A stretch of DNA of 63,664 nt, the filler included, from Reticulomyxa filosa (Eukaryota; Protista; Foraminifera): the NCBI GenBank assembly GCA_000512085.1. It is 23 parts of 23 records of this genome, joined end to end, with 100 filler letters (N's around TTAATTAATTAA, not from the genome) between each part and the next. Parts side by side here need not be neighbours in the genome. Positions count along the whole stretch, not along the records: positions 25,119 to 29,293 come from ASPP01006862.1; positions 29,394 to 32,661 come from ASPP01006082.1; positions 32,762 to 45,467 come from ASPP01026197.1; 20 more parts are not named here. One strand, 5' to 3'. Below, piece by piece: positions 25,483 through 37,089 of the stretch; position 1 is the first letter of the stretch, and each line of letters starts with the position of its first letter. The translations under genes were made by a program, and so were the position numbers. Below the pieces are notes generated by a model that worked only from the letters and a program-made list of their open reading frames with translations, had not been told where the DNA came from and did no database searches.

Positions 25483-26371
25483 GTATATACATATATATGT
25501 GTGTGCAAAAACTAACATTTGGACTGACGGAGAGAGGAATAATATGAATTGGTTAATAAATGTTTGAAAAGCATCAATCGAAAGTATGGAACGCAAATAC
25601 TCGACTGAAAGGCCTGAAAAACCTGAAAAAATTGAAATGCTATTGCAATATCGCAATAGAGCACTCCAAAAAATAGACGCTACTTCTGATATGGAGTACA
25701 ACACATTTTTAGCAATTGTTGCCGAGCTGTGTGAAATCGATAATGAACAGTCTTGTGTCAAATATGAGCAATTAATGTTACTCAAAATAACCTGCACGAC
25801 CAAAATATTTCAAGGACAAAATTTTTTTTACATTTCGGATGAAACACTTTGGAAAAAATTTTGGGAAAAGTATGGCTCACTCTATGCCAGTGAATTTGAA
25901 AAAACATGCTTTGTCAGTTATGTGATCATATCTTGATTTTTATTTGCATTCTTTTTCTCTCCTTCCTTTTCAATTTCGCCTTCACGCATGTTTGTGATGT
26001 TGTTTTTTTTTTTTTTTTTGAATGGATTAGTTAAAAAACCACAGATTGTTCGGGTAGGTTGTGACCCGAGTGGAAAAGTTGAAATTTTCTTTACGAAATC
26101 AAATCCGGCGGAAGTATGTGAATTTGAAGGAATTCTGTTCATTGGCTCCGAGGGGACAGAGAGCTTTTTTTTCCAAGACGCCAACTCTCCTTGCTGTATT
26201 TCATTGCATGATATTGACAGTGTCAACTCTGTACAATCCGGGACTGTAGTCCTTTGTCAGTTTCGAATTCGAGGCACTGACATTCCAAGTCCAGAGTTTG
26301 GCGAATTTGGTGAGATCATTGAGTATTCTGTTAATAAATATCGTGGCAACCAAGCTAGTAGCCATTGGTGA
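25119..26371 (+). CDS. Hypothetical multi-exon protein fragment
   Basis: Three successive + strand ORFs (25121, 25586, 25988) separated by poly-T intron-like tracts; no recognisable domain. Confidence 0.4.
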
Positions 26372-26611
26372 GTATTTGCTCACACACATTTTCAGGAAAT
26401 ACATTTTTATTTTCTAATTTAAAAATCTTGGCAAAGCGAAGTGAGCAAGAAAAATTTGTTTTCCTTCTTTTTTTTTTTTAAAGTATCGTAATGAAAAAAA
26501 TAAAAGGTTATATCTGAATTTGATGACAGACAATCTTGATTTCAAACACCTTTCATGGACAAAAATAGTTTAGTGTTGTTTTGTTAACAAAAGATAATTA
26601 CTTATGAACGT

Positions 26612-29293
26612 TCATGACCAAGACCACCTATTTGAAAAAATATCAAAAGCAATTTGTGTACCCTGGAAAAGGGGTGACATGTCTTGTATTTCTACATTTT
26701 CTTCCAGCATGGCCTGTTTCTCGGGAGCATATTGTTTTTGTGCACGTTTGGCAACATGCTTTAATCGAAGGAAACACAAGCCAGCAATTACACATGAGAT
26801 CATAACAAGTAGCAGTAAGTATTGCATATCGGTGTCTTGTTGGCTCGCACTGGCTCCAAATAAAGTGTTGGGCAGGACTTCATACACAAACAACAGTTCG
26901 ATAATAGAGCCAATTACACCAGCGAAGAAGGCGAGGGATTTGACAATGGAAACGCCATAAGGGAATGCAGGTGTGGACACTTGCTGAAATTCCAAAGGGT
27001 TAAAGTTTTTCCACGACCACAGAACCGTGGAGGCGAACAAGGCAAGACACACCAATAGTTGCGACAAGACAGTACCCACAGGTTTGCCTTGGCTAATAAA
27101 TTGTGCCGATACCAACATGAACGACTTGGACAAAGTGATAAAAGACAAATAGGGCTTGATAAACTCAACGGTCGAAGTGAGCGAAAAGTAGTCCTTGCAA
27201 GAGCCACTAAGGGGAGTGCTGAACTCAACAAACATTGGAGCCACCATGATGCAAAAAGGAATGTAATAGGCTAGTGCGATCAATGCTATTGAGCCAATCT
27301 TCAAATGTTCCCCTTCCCAGCACGTTACTTTGGAGTCCACTCGCCACTTTCCATCGCCAGTGCAACAGAGGATCATCACCAGTTTGTCGCATATTACCAA
27401 AAATAGTGTGTCACACAACAGTCTCATAATCTGACATTACATACAATACAAATGTAAATAATGCATCTCAATGTCAGTTATGAATTGGGGGAAAAAAAAA
27501 AAAGACAAACCATGGACACTTTGTTATTGGAAGACTTGAATTGGCCATGGCCATAAATAATGGTCCCAACAAACGAATAGAAGTAATGATTTCTAGCCTT
27601 TTCGTCGTCACGGTCAATGTATTTATAAATGCCATATGTTTTCACTTCCCAAAGAAACAATAGCATAAATATGAGCAGCATGACACCAGCACTTCCAGCG
27701 CCAATAGCTGCATACATGTACAATGGATTTGTATTCACCCAGTCCATCGATATGTAGCCAACTTGCACCATGTTTCGTTTCCACCCTATCAAAAAAAAAA
27801 AAAAAATATATATATATACATATATATGTAATGTAATTGATATTTAACCAGTCAAATTTTGATAAGGCTTGGAAGTATCGCTGGTTGTAGCATCAGTAGT
27901 AGTAGTAGCAGTGGTGGATATCGTGTAGGAAGCAAAGACGGCCAGCTGATACACTTCATAGCACAAGAACACGACAGCGATAACGGTGCCCAGGTTCCAC
28001 ATAAAGAGTTTGGACGAAGGAGCGGATTGGGAGGACTCGGTTTGTATCCTTTGATTGTACGACTTGAGAGAACGATAGGTTCCAAAAGCCTGCAGCACCA
28101 GGATGGAAAAGAGATAGCAGCCAATGACGGGGATGACGGTGTGTGTTTGAGAGTGATGATTGGGGAGCAATTTGGTGGTGATAAGCAAAGGGATGACAAC
28201 CAAGTATGAAAACATGAACCCACTCCGAACGAGTTGGGACAGCAAGCGCTGAAAGCGTTGGCAGCATGTTTCCGACTCGAGCACGGCCTGGCGATGAGCA
28301 ACTTGTTTTGTGTCCGTTTCGACTTTGTTCATACGTACAATCAATAGAAAATAGCATGACGGTAGAGTTACGCACAAGCTCATGGCCAATACCAATGGAT
28401 ACAAAAATAATCTTTTTTTTTTTTTTTTTTTTTTTTTTGGAAAAAAAAAAAAAAGATTATTAAGTTTATTAATATGATTATATTACAAAAAATATATACA
28501 AACACATATGTGTATACGTACATACACTTATCTCACCTGGCAAGCATTTTGCATAGAAGAGCGCAAATAATATGACACCAGGAACTTGTACCATCATCCC
28601 TATATTCGGTAGAAGACAGCAAACGACCGAGTAAATAAAAAGCATTTTCCAAATCTGCAAAAATGTTGTCGATTAATGGCGTGGCAGTTTTCCCTTTCCA
28701 AGTCCAGCCTATCGTCCATCTACTTCTTATTCTTGACCTCTTTGCACTTTTGTTAAAGTGTATGGCCTCTCTGTTCAAAATTTCGCTACGTGTGTCCAGG
28801 TCTTCCAAGCGGTCTCCTCGGTCTATGGCCAGTTCAATGCCACGTTTTACATCTGCTTTCGTGCGAAGTATTTCATCTTGAATATTTTGAAATCGGTCAT
28901 CCACCAGAACCGGGGCTGATGTCGCCGATGCCGGTGCTGGTGCCGGTGTCGTCGATGTTGTCGATGTTGTCGATGTTGTCGATGTCACCAAGGGCGGACC
29001 AGCAGACCACGCATTTGGCTCATACATTGTTTCACTAGAAAGCAATCCACGCTGTGTGTAAGGAAATGTAGAGCGCTTTTCAACAGTAGATGGCTGTGGA
29101 AAAAGTGTTGTCGTGGTCGCCTTTGAGACTTGCGCTTCTGTGTCCTTTGTACCGTACGATAATACCTGTTCGTTTTCTTCGAAATGTGCTGCAAACAGAG
29201 TATCGTCAACATCTGCCATCATGACCTGCTCTCTTTTTGATGTTTTCGTCTTCTTGTCCTTCTTCATCTCTTTCTCCTTCCCCTTCTTCTTCT
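26612..29293 (-). CDS. R-SNARE (synaptobrevin-like) motif fused to a polytopic membrane domain; at least 4 exons, 5' end at the gap
   Basis: IQDEILRTKADVKRGIELAIDRGDRLEDLDTRSEILNREAIHFNKSAKR is an R-SNARE coil. Introns 28412-28536, 27786-27848 and 27431-27510 all splice in frame to exons with many hydrophobic segments. Confidence 0.7.
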
Positions 29294-29514
29294 NNNNNNN
29301 NNNNNNNNNNNNNNNNNNNNNNNNNNNNNNNNNNNNNTTAATTAATTAANNNNNNNNNNNNNNNNNNNNNNNNNNNNNNNNNNNNNNNNNNNNTAAAAAA
29401 AGAGGGGGGGGAGAACTAAGCAAATACAAAACGAAATTTCGGACTCTCTTCATCCTTCCCCTCCTCTCCCCTCCTCTCCCCCCCCTTTTTTTTTTTTAGG
29501 ATAGCTTTTCCTTC

Positions 29515-29991
29515 TCATACATATGATGCATATGTATATGGTAAATACCTGTTTTGCTGAACGGTTAGAAACATTGTAGCTGGTATCTCCTTGTCTTCGC
29601 TGCTGTCTTTAACCTCCATCTTTGGAGATGATTGTGGTGGAAATGAGTTTGGATCCAATGAGATAATTGCTTGGATTGATGGCGACTGTTGTGTTGGGAT
29701 GTCCTCCTTTGGCTCGTCTTGCTGTCTTCCGCTCTCCACGTTATTTATATCCGGGTCGTCTGAATCTGGTCCACTAGGAGCACTATTATTGTTCATTAGC
29801 TGTGGAGTCCGTAAAGTATTGCCTCCTGAGCTGTGAACAGCCACTGATGGGTCAATTTGTCTCTCTTGTCGCGCACTTGAGACTGAACCCGATGTACGCG
29901 ACCTTGCTGTTATGAGACGGTGGGATCTGTTTCGTAAACGTCCACTACTTCCAACATGCCCACCAAATTTATCGACTATATTTTGATGCAT
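29515..29991 (-). CDS. Hypothetical Ser/Pro-rich exon
   Basis: 158-aa ORF with higher GC than its flanks and intron-like borders. Confidence 0.35.
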   Translation of the reverse strand: MHQNIVDKFGGHVGSSGRLRNRSHRLITARSRTSGSVSSARQERQIDPSVAVHSSGGNTLRTPQLMNNNSAPSGPDSDDPDINNVESGRQQDEPKEDIPTQQSPSIQAIISLDPNSFPPQSSPKMEVKDSSEDKEIPATMFLTVQQNRYLPYTYASYV

Positions 29992-30486
29992 CTGTTATAA
30001 TTTTTTTTTTTGTGCTTGTCCGTTAGTTTGGTTGTCTGTCATTTCCGTCATCAAAATGATCTAAAACACACATTACTTACTCGTTGATTTTTGTCGGTCA
30101 TATTTGGCTTCTTTATTGAGTCTGCACCAATGCAAACACAACAATTCAAATCGACCCTTCAATTGAAAGGGTTTCCGTTAGGTTTTCACATGCCGTACTT
30201 TAGGGCGATTTCAGCAACGGATAAAGTACCAACTTTTGAAAAATTTATAAATCTTGATTTATTCAGTTTTTCATCATATTAAAGATAAATATTCGAGATT
30301 TTAAAACTGAAGCTTTTTTGTACACATCACGTGTATTTTTTTTTTGGAGTGAATCATAGCCCGAAACCAACAAACATTTATAAATGCGATTGATCTTAAG
30401 AAAAATAAATAAAAAAAGAAAAATTAAATAAGATTCATTTTCAAAAATATGTCATTATTCGTCAGGAATCGAGTCACGAAATTGTG

Positions 30487-31651
30487 TTATTTTTTCTTGC
30501 CAGTACTCTGTTCAAATATTTGAAAGAGTGGTTTTTTTTTGTAATAAGAACAAAAAAATATAACAAATGAAATACCAATTCTTCGTCTGTTCAACGCTTC
30601 AGCATCGGGAATATCAGCAATCATTATACTGATAATACCGGCAAGGTCATTGGACAAAGATCTGCCCAAAAGACTCTGAAGAATGGCATTTCGAATAGGA
30701 CCATCTTTTTTGACCCATTCGCACTTGAGATACAAATCTCGAAATTGTTGCGTGACGATCATGTCAAGTGCTTTTCGATGTAGATAATGTTAAAAAAGGA
30801 ATTATCTTGCAAAACGTGTAATTTGTCCATTGCGTCATCGGAATTCAAGGCATCTATTCTTCAAACGTCGGAAATTTGATTGGGTGATTACTGTTATCAT
30901 AATGAGCAGAGACAAGCTTCGCTACTGTCTCTGTGCAGTTTTGCACACACTCAAACGCAGTATCTCCTGAGCGATCGCTCAGCACGCATGATGTTGCTGT
31001 GTCAATGTCACTCAAGGGATACTCCAATGTCAAATCGGCTAAAAAGTCATAGGAACAGTGCTGTTTCAACAATGAGGAATAGTCTCTCTCGACGTGATGG
31101 GACAAGGTTCGTCCTGGGAGCTTTGCATCTGCTACATTAATAGATACATTTACAACCCACTTATCATTCCAATCTTGCTCTTCAATTCTTTTTATTACCT
31201 CTTTCTCAATTTTGTCCACATCGCTCATTTCTTTCATTGGTTTTGCTTTGTCAGCATTTTCAGTGTTCTCGTTTCCCGCATCTCCAACATTTGCCCCGTT
31301 TTTCTCCTTCTTGTTGTCATCCCAACGGGTATACCTAAACTGACTGATATAATTATCCAAATCTTTGTCCGTGCTCACGCCTTTTAATGTCTGAATTAAA
31401 GTGTACTCGTTGTACTCACCCGTCGATTGCCATATTCGCAAATACAATTTCTTAGCCGCGTTGTCTTCTTCCTTTTCTTTACAAACATCTACCACCATCA
31501 AATACCGAATTGAACTCATCTCACCCATACAATTTTTACGATTTTTGAAAGCAATTGTCTTAAATGTATACTTGTTCTCCTTTTTGGAGGGATCAGTCTC
31601 GCCTATACCAAAACCTGCCAAAGTTACGTACCGAGGTATGCATGTATCCAT
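30487..31651 (-). CDS. Hypothetical protein (possibly frameshifted or spliced near 30850)
   Basis: A 265-aa globular-looking ORF followed by a second co-oriented ORF (30487-30762); no motif recognised. Confidence 0.45.
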
Positions 31652-32761
31652 CCATATTTTTTTTTTTTTTTGTTATCTGTCTTTGCGTAGTCAATCTCAA
31701 CTTTTTTGATTTCTCTTTTGGCAATCATCTGTGTGGATGCTTTTTTTTAATGCGCATGGCTGGCAACACGTGTCAAACAATTTTCCCTTTGAGGTTGTTC
31801 CTGGAGCTACGCACATTCCACACCCCATCTGTTTCACAAACCGCAAAGTTACTTAGTCTTCATTATTCGTCATACAAAGCCAACAAAGACCTTGCACTGT
31901 TTCAAAGTTGAATCCGCTCTAAATTTTTTTGCTTGTGACATTCTTTACAACAAATGATATTCCAATAGAGACCAAATCCAAAAAAACAAGGGCCAAAACC
32001 GGCTGGTGTCTTTTTGGAGTAGTGATAATAGTGACAATGAAATAGATAAATCAAACAATTACAATCAATGGTTCTCTTTACAGATAATCATAACCATCCG
32101 ATTCACATTGGAAAAAATATGAAATGTTGTTCACGCACCACATCAGAACAATGGAAGGGAAAAAAAGCATATGGAAATGACAAGAAAAAAGAAAGATTAA
32201 TCAAAAGTGACGGATGAAGGTCAATGTTGTTGTATGTTGTTTGTGTCCATATTTTCATTTGTTGTAATATACCTTCATTAAAACATTGCGAACATGTACT
32301 CTTTCATGGTGAAATGTTTGCTTTAGATTTGAATGGAAGAGTATAAGTGAAAAAAAAAACTAAAGCGAAGATGCAAAAATGTAGATCAATAGTAGCAATA
32401 TGTAAAGCGCCAATGGATTGTATGAAGGGAAACGTTATGACAACGTATCAGTTAAAAAATTATGTTATATCGCGAGAAACAACGCGTGTGTCAATTACAA
32501 TGTGGATGAATATACAATATATTGCAAAAAAACCGCCATACCTAAATGGCACTATATGAAGAGAATTGATTTTTTCCATGAAAAATAAATATTTAAACTT
32601 AATTTTTTTAAAAAAAATATCTACGTGACTTGAAGATTTCTAAAATGAAAACAAAAAGATTNNNNNNNNNNNNNNNNNNNNNNNNNNNNNNNNNNNNNNN
32701 NNNNNTTAATTAATTAANNNNNNNNNNNNNNNNNNNNNNNNNNNNNNNNNNNNNNNNNNNN

Positions 32762-32792
<31 letters not shown>

Positions 32793-33194
32793 GGTAGTGG
32801 CAGTAGTAACAGTAGAAGAAGAAGACAACGGAGACGATGGAGATGAAGGAGAAGAAATAACAGTTGCAGCAGTAGAAGAAAGTAGGGCAGTGACAGGGCC
32901 TTTTCCTTTTTTTGAGGTCGCCTGGATTAGATTCGATGCTTCTCTGGGGTTGATATTACAATGCTTGAAAAGATATGTCGCATCACCTCGATTTTCGATG
33001 GGGGCTGCGAAATTATGGCCGGTTTCCAATACCTGCGAACCACACCCCCAAGGCCTTACTCCGACATGGCGGAGTTGGGTCCCTTTCGTTTGGAAGGAAT
33101 CGTATCTGTTGCTTGTGCTTTCGACACGGGGCGTGTGGGGCCGGGCAGGTATTTCCTTTTGGAACGCAGCAAATATCTGCTGTTTCTCGACCAA
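32762..33194 (-). CDS. Hypothetical protein fragment running into a poly-Asn tract and the gap
   Basis: GC-richer ORF ending in S/T/N low complexity. Confidence 0.35.
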
Positions 33195-34045
33195 AGATAG
33201 GAGAATCTATTTTTATGGGTAGAATTGCTTGGAGAAATAGGAAAAAATTTGACACGATTTTTTAATTATCTGAGGAAACCACGAGAAGTACGCTCAAACT
33301 AAAAAAAAAAAGGTCAGTTTTTTGGCTGCCTACGTGGTAGTCAGAGTATCGTGTTGGAATTTAATTACTACTAGGTGATCGGGATGTTGTTTGATGTCAA
33401 ATACTTTTTCAAACATTAAATTAAATAGGTACATGTGAAAGTCAAATTGTTTATTTTTAACAACATCTTACACGAGCTTGTATCTGTTTACACGAAGCAA
33501 GGCAATGAAAGTTGTTGGTATCATGCCTCGATTTGAAGGGATATTATTTTGGCAAAAAAAGGTTTAAATTGATCCACATTAAGACGAGTAGTTTCCAAAA
33601 CAGGACAAAAAAACGACCACTAATAATGTATCTGTTCCAAAAAGAACAAATTGAACCTTCAAATAAGAAAGGATCGTGAAAGATATTGCAAGCAATAGAT
33701 TTTGCCGTCAATTGTTTAGCGATTCGGACATGAATTGAAGCCCATTTAAAAAACTTGGAAATTTAATTTTTAAAAGTTAATATCAAAAAATTAAGTCTTG
33801 GTATCATTCTCAATCTTTGTTTAATGAAAATACCACGCTGGAAACTTAAACCAGGAATTAAATCACTTGATTGTCACAAAACGAATCTAGTGATGTCACA
33901 CAAAAGTGTTAATAGACTAATTGAAAAAAGTATTTTGCAAAGCTAATCAAATTTTTGACCGTTTTTTTTCCAACGAATACCAGGGACTTGTGCTGGTAGT
34001 TTCAACGCTAAAAAAATTCTTAAACAAATTCACTGAGATAAGTAA

Positions 34046-36292
34046 ATGGAAAGCATTGAGCAGAAAGCAAACTTGGACATTCCAAATCCTTTTCAAACTT
34101 TGACTTGTTTGCCAATTTCACCGCGACAAACTCAATGCGTGGCTTACAAAGACGAATTTCTTATTTGTGGGGGCTGTGAGACTAATGAATGTTATTCTTA
34201 TCATACGATTAAAAATCAGTACAAATACATTTGTTCTTATCCAAGTAATGTTAATATATTTGGGCATTGTGTAGTGAAGTATGTAAACAACAATAAAGAT
34301 ACAAATAAAAGTGATATCACTTTGCTATCCTTTGGTGGACAAGATGGAAACAAAATAAAACATACATTAATAATGAACTATGTGAGTGTTTGGAATGATG
34401 AAAATGAAAATATAAAAAAACATTGCAATGAATGGACCCCCTTTATCGATAATAATAATGATAACAAAATTATAATTGGAAGCCATGAAGATGATTATCA
34501 AGGAGCACGTGCAATAATTGGTGGCAGTGATAATCATTTATTATTTATAACATATCCTCCAAAAAATATTAGTATAGCCAATTTAAATACTTTAAAGTAT
34601 ATTATGCACGAAGATTTACCAATTGATTCAGAAACAAGAAATCATTGTTTCATATCAAAGGAAAACAAAAATAAAAATAAAAATAAAAATGAAATGTTGT
34701 TATTTTGTAAAAATACAGGATTGTCAATTAAATATGATGAAGATAATAATACACTTGAATTTCATAAAATACGAGTTTGTGCATCTCTTAAAATGTCTGA
34801 ATCTTATGGATATATATACATAAATGATTTTATATTATTTTTTGGCGGTGATGATCTTAGCATTTCAGATAAAATTCACAAATATTGTATTACAGAAAAT
34901 AAATGGATTCAATATGAACAAACGTTACCAGTTTTATTGGAAAATTGTACGGCCGTATTAGCCGAAAATGCTACATTTATACACATTCTTGGAGTGATCA
35001 ATGGAAGCGAAGAATCAATACATATGAAAATAAATGTCAAAGAATGGATGAAAGAAGGAGGACGACAGCAACAATGGATGATGGAAGATAAAGAAATAGT
35101 AGACCTTGAAGAAATCAATATTGAATTGGAAGAAATGAAACCACATTTAGATATTAGAAAATTGAAAGTTGAGAAAATATTAATTATTTTTTTATTTTTG
35201 TTTGTGTGACATAAAACATTAAAAAAAAAAAAAAGAAAAAGAAAGATGTTGAAACAATAATTGAACACTGGAATCGCTTAGCATTGACTAACAAAGCCGG
35301 ATGGGTTAATGATTTTAACATAATTATTTTACGCTATATTCTGGTATGTTTGTTTTCTTTTTGTATGTTTTACATTTGGTGATAACTCACAACACACATA
35401 ACAGCTAAAATATGTTAAACCATTAAAAGTATTCCAAGGATATTCCGGGAATGTGCGTAGTATAAAATTTTCCCCAGATTGTTCAAAAATTATTTCAGCT
35501 TTGGATGATAAAACAATAAGAATATGGGACATAGAATCAGGGAACGAAATTGAGGAACTACAAGGTCATTCACAATTTGTCAACGATGCAGAATTTTCAC
35601 CAGATGGGACAACAATTGTATCATGTTCACATGATAAAACTATTCGATTATGGGACGCAAAATCATTTGCAGAAATAAAACAATTTACGGGACATACTAG
35701 TGCCGTAAAGAATGTAACGTTTTCATCAGATGGAAAAACCATAATGTCTTATTCATATGATAAAACAATAAGGATATGGGATGTACATTCTGGTCAAGAA
35801 ATTCAAAGATTGAGAGGCCGTGAAGATCATGTAAATGACTTAAAATTTTCATTGGATAACCAACAAGCTATGTCAATATCACCCGGCGGGACCATTGAAA
35901 TTTGGGACATACAATCAGGGAAAAAAATACTTGAATGGAAAGAAGATTGTGATTATGCAATTTTGTCTAAATTTTCTTTTGATGGATGTCGTATCGTTGC
36001 GTATTCAACTTATGGAATGTTTCGAATATTAGATGTAGCAACAGGAACCGAAATAAAACTATTGGAAGGATATTTTGATAGAATACATGACGTACAATTT
36101 TCTTCAGATGGACAAACTGTGGTCTCATGTTCAGTTGACGCACTTCGATTGTGCGACATTCAATCAGGAATTGAAATACAAACGTTGAAAGAGCCTTTCA
36201 GTGGAATGATAATGATTAACATTTCATCAGACGGAAAAATGATTGTAGCAGCTTCTTATGATCAAAAAATTAGATTGTGGGGACTACTATAA
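34046..36292 (+). CDS. Kelch-like propeller, helical motif and 7 WD40 repeats (exons 34046-35167, 35236-35343, 35405-36292)
   Basis: Kelch-like GG motifs (LICGG, LSFGG, IIGGS, LFFGG). Two phase-0 GT-AG introns join KLK|KKKDVETIIEHWNRL...GWVNDFNIIILRYIL|LKYVKPLKVFQG to the WD40 ORF in frame. Confidence 0.85.
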
Positions 36293-37089
36293 ACAGATAG
36301 TGCACATTCAAAAGACAATATTTATTGATTTATCTATTGAATGTTTCAAAGATTAGAAAAATTTGGGACTGCCCTTTAGTTCATCTAATTAATTGAATGA
36401 CAAATGTTTTTTTGCTCCTTCACAAATCATTTTTGTCAAGCAATAGAAAAATTATTCTTCAAAATCAATAAAAAAACTGATAACATCCGAATTGCAAGCA
36501 TTACGGAAAAAAAAGTGAGTCTCCCTTCTAACTATTGTTCTGTCGTTGACATCCAACAGTACAAGTTAAGAGATCTTTATTGCTCATCACTTGTCTTAAT
36601 TACATCGTCATCAACGATTGATTTAGGATTAAGTGTGAGATATTTTGCGTTTTTTCGTTAACTTAAAAAAGTAGTATATAATAAATAATGTGACACACTA
36701 CAAAGAGAGCATCAGTGCATTCGAAGGTATGATTATTAGATGGGAAAATACTGAACAAGGTTAAGCCAATTAAAAAGAACTCAAATAAAAAAAGGGGGAC
36801 GCACATATGCGTTGCATAAAAGAACGTGTATTAAAAAATAGTGAGCATTTGGAAAAAACGTAATCCAGTGCAGTCGATATTAGCGACTTAACATTGTCCA
36901 TAGAAACGCAAGATGCAATAGTTATCAAATTTTTTGGGGGGAAAAAAAGAATGTTCATTATTTTTGTTACTGTTGTGCATATGACTGTCTTGCAATGCAC
37001 AGACCAAAGAAGGGATCTCTATCTTTGCATACAAGGATGAAAAAAAAGTGAGTTCCCTGGACAACAAAAAGGAGAAGCTTTTAGGGGGA

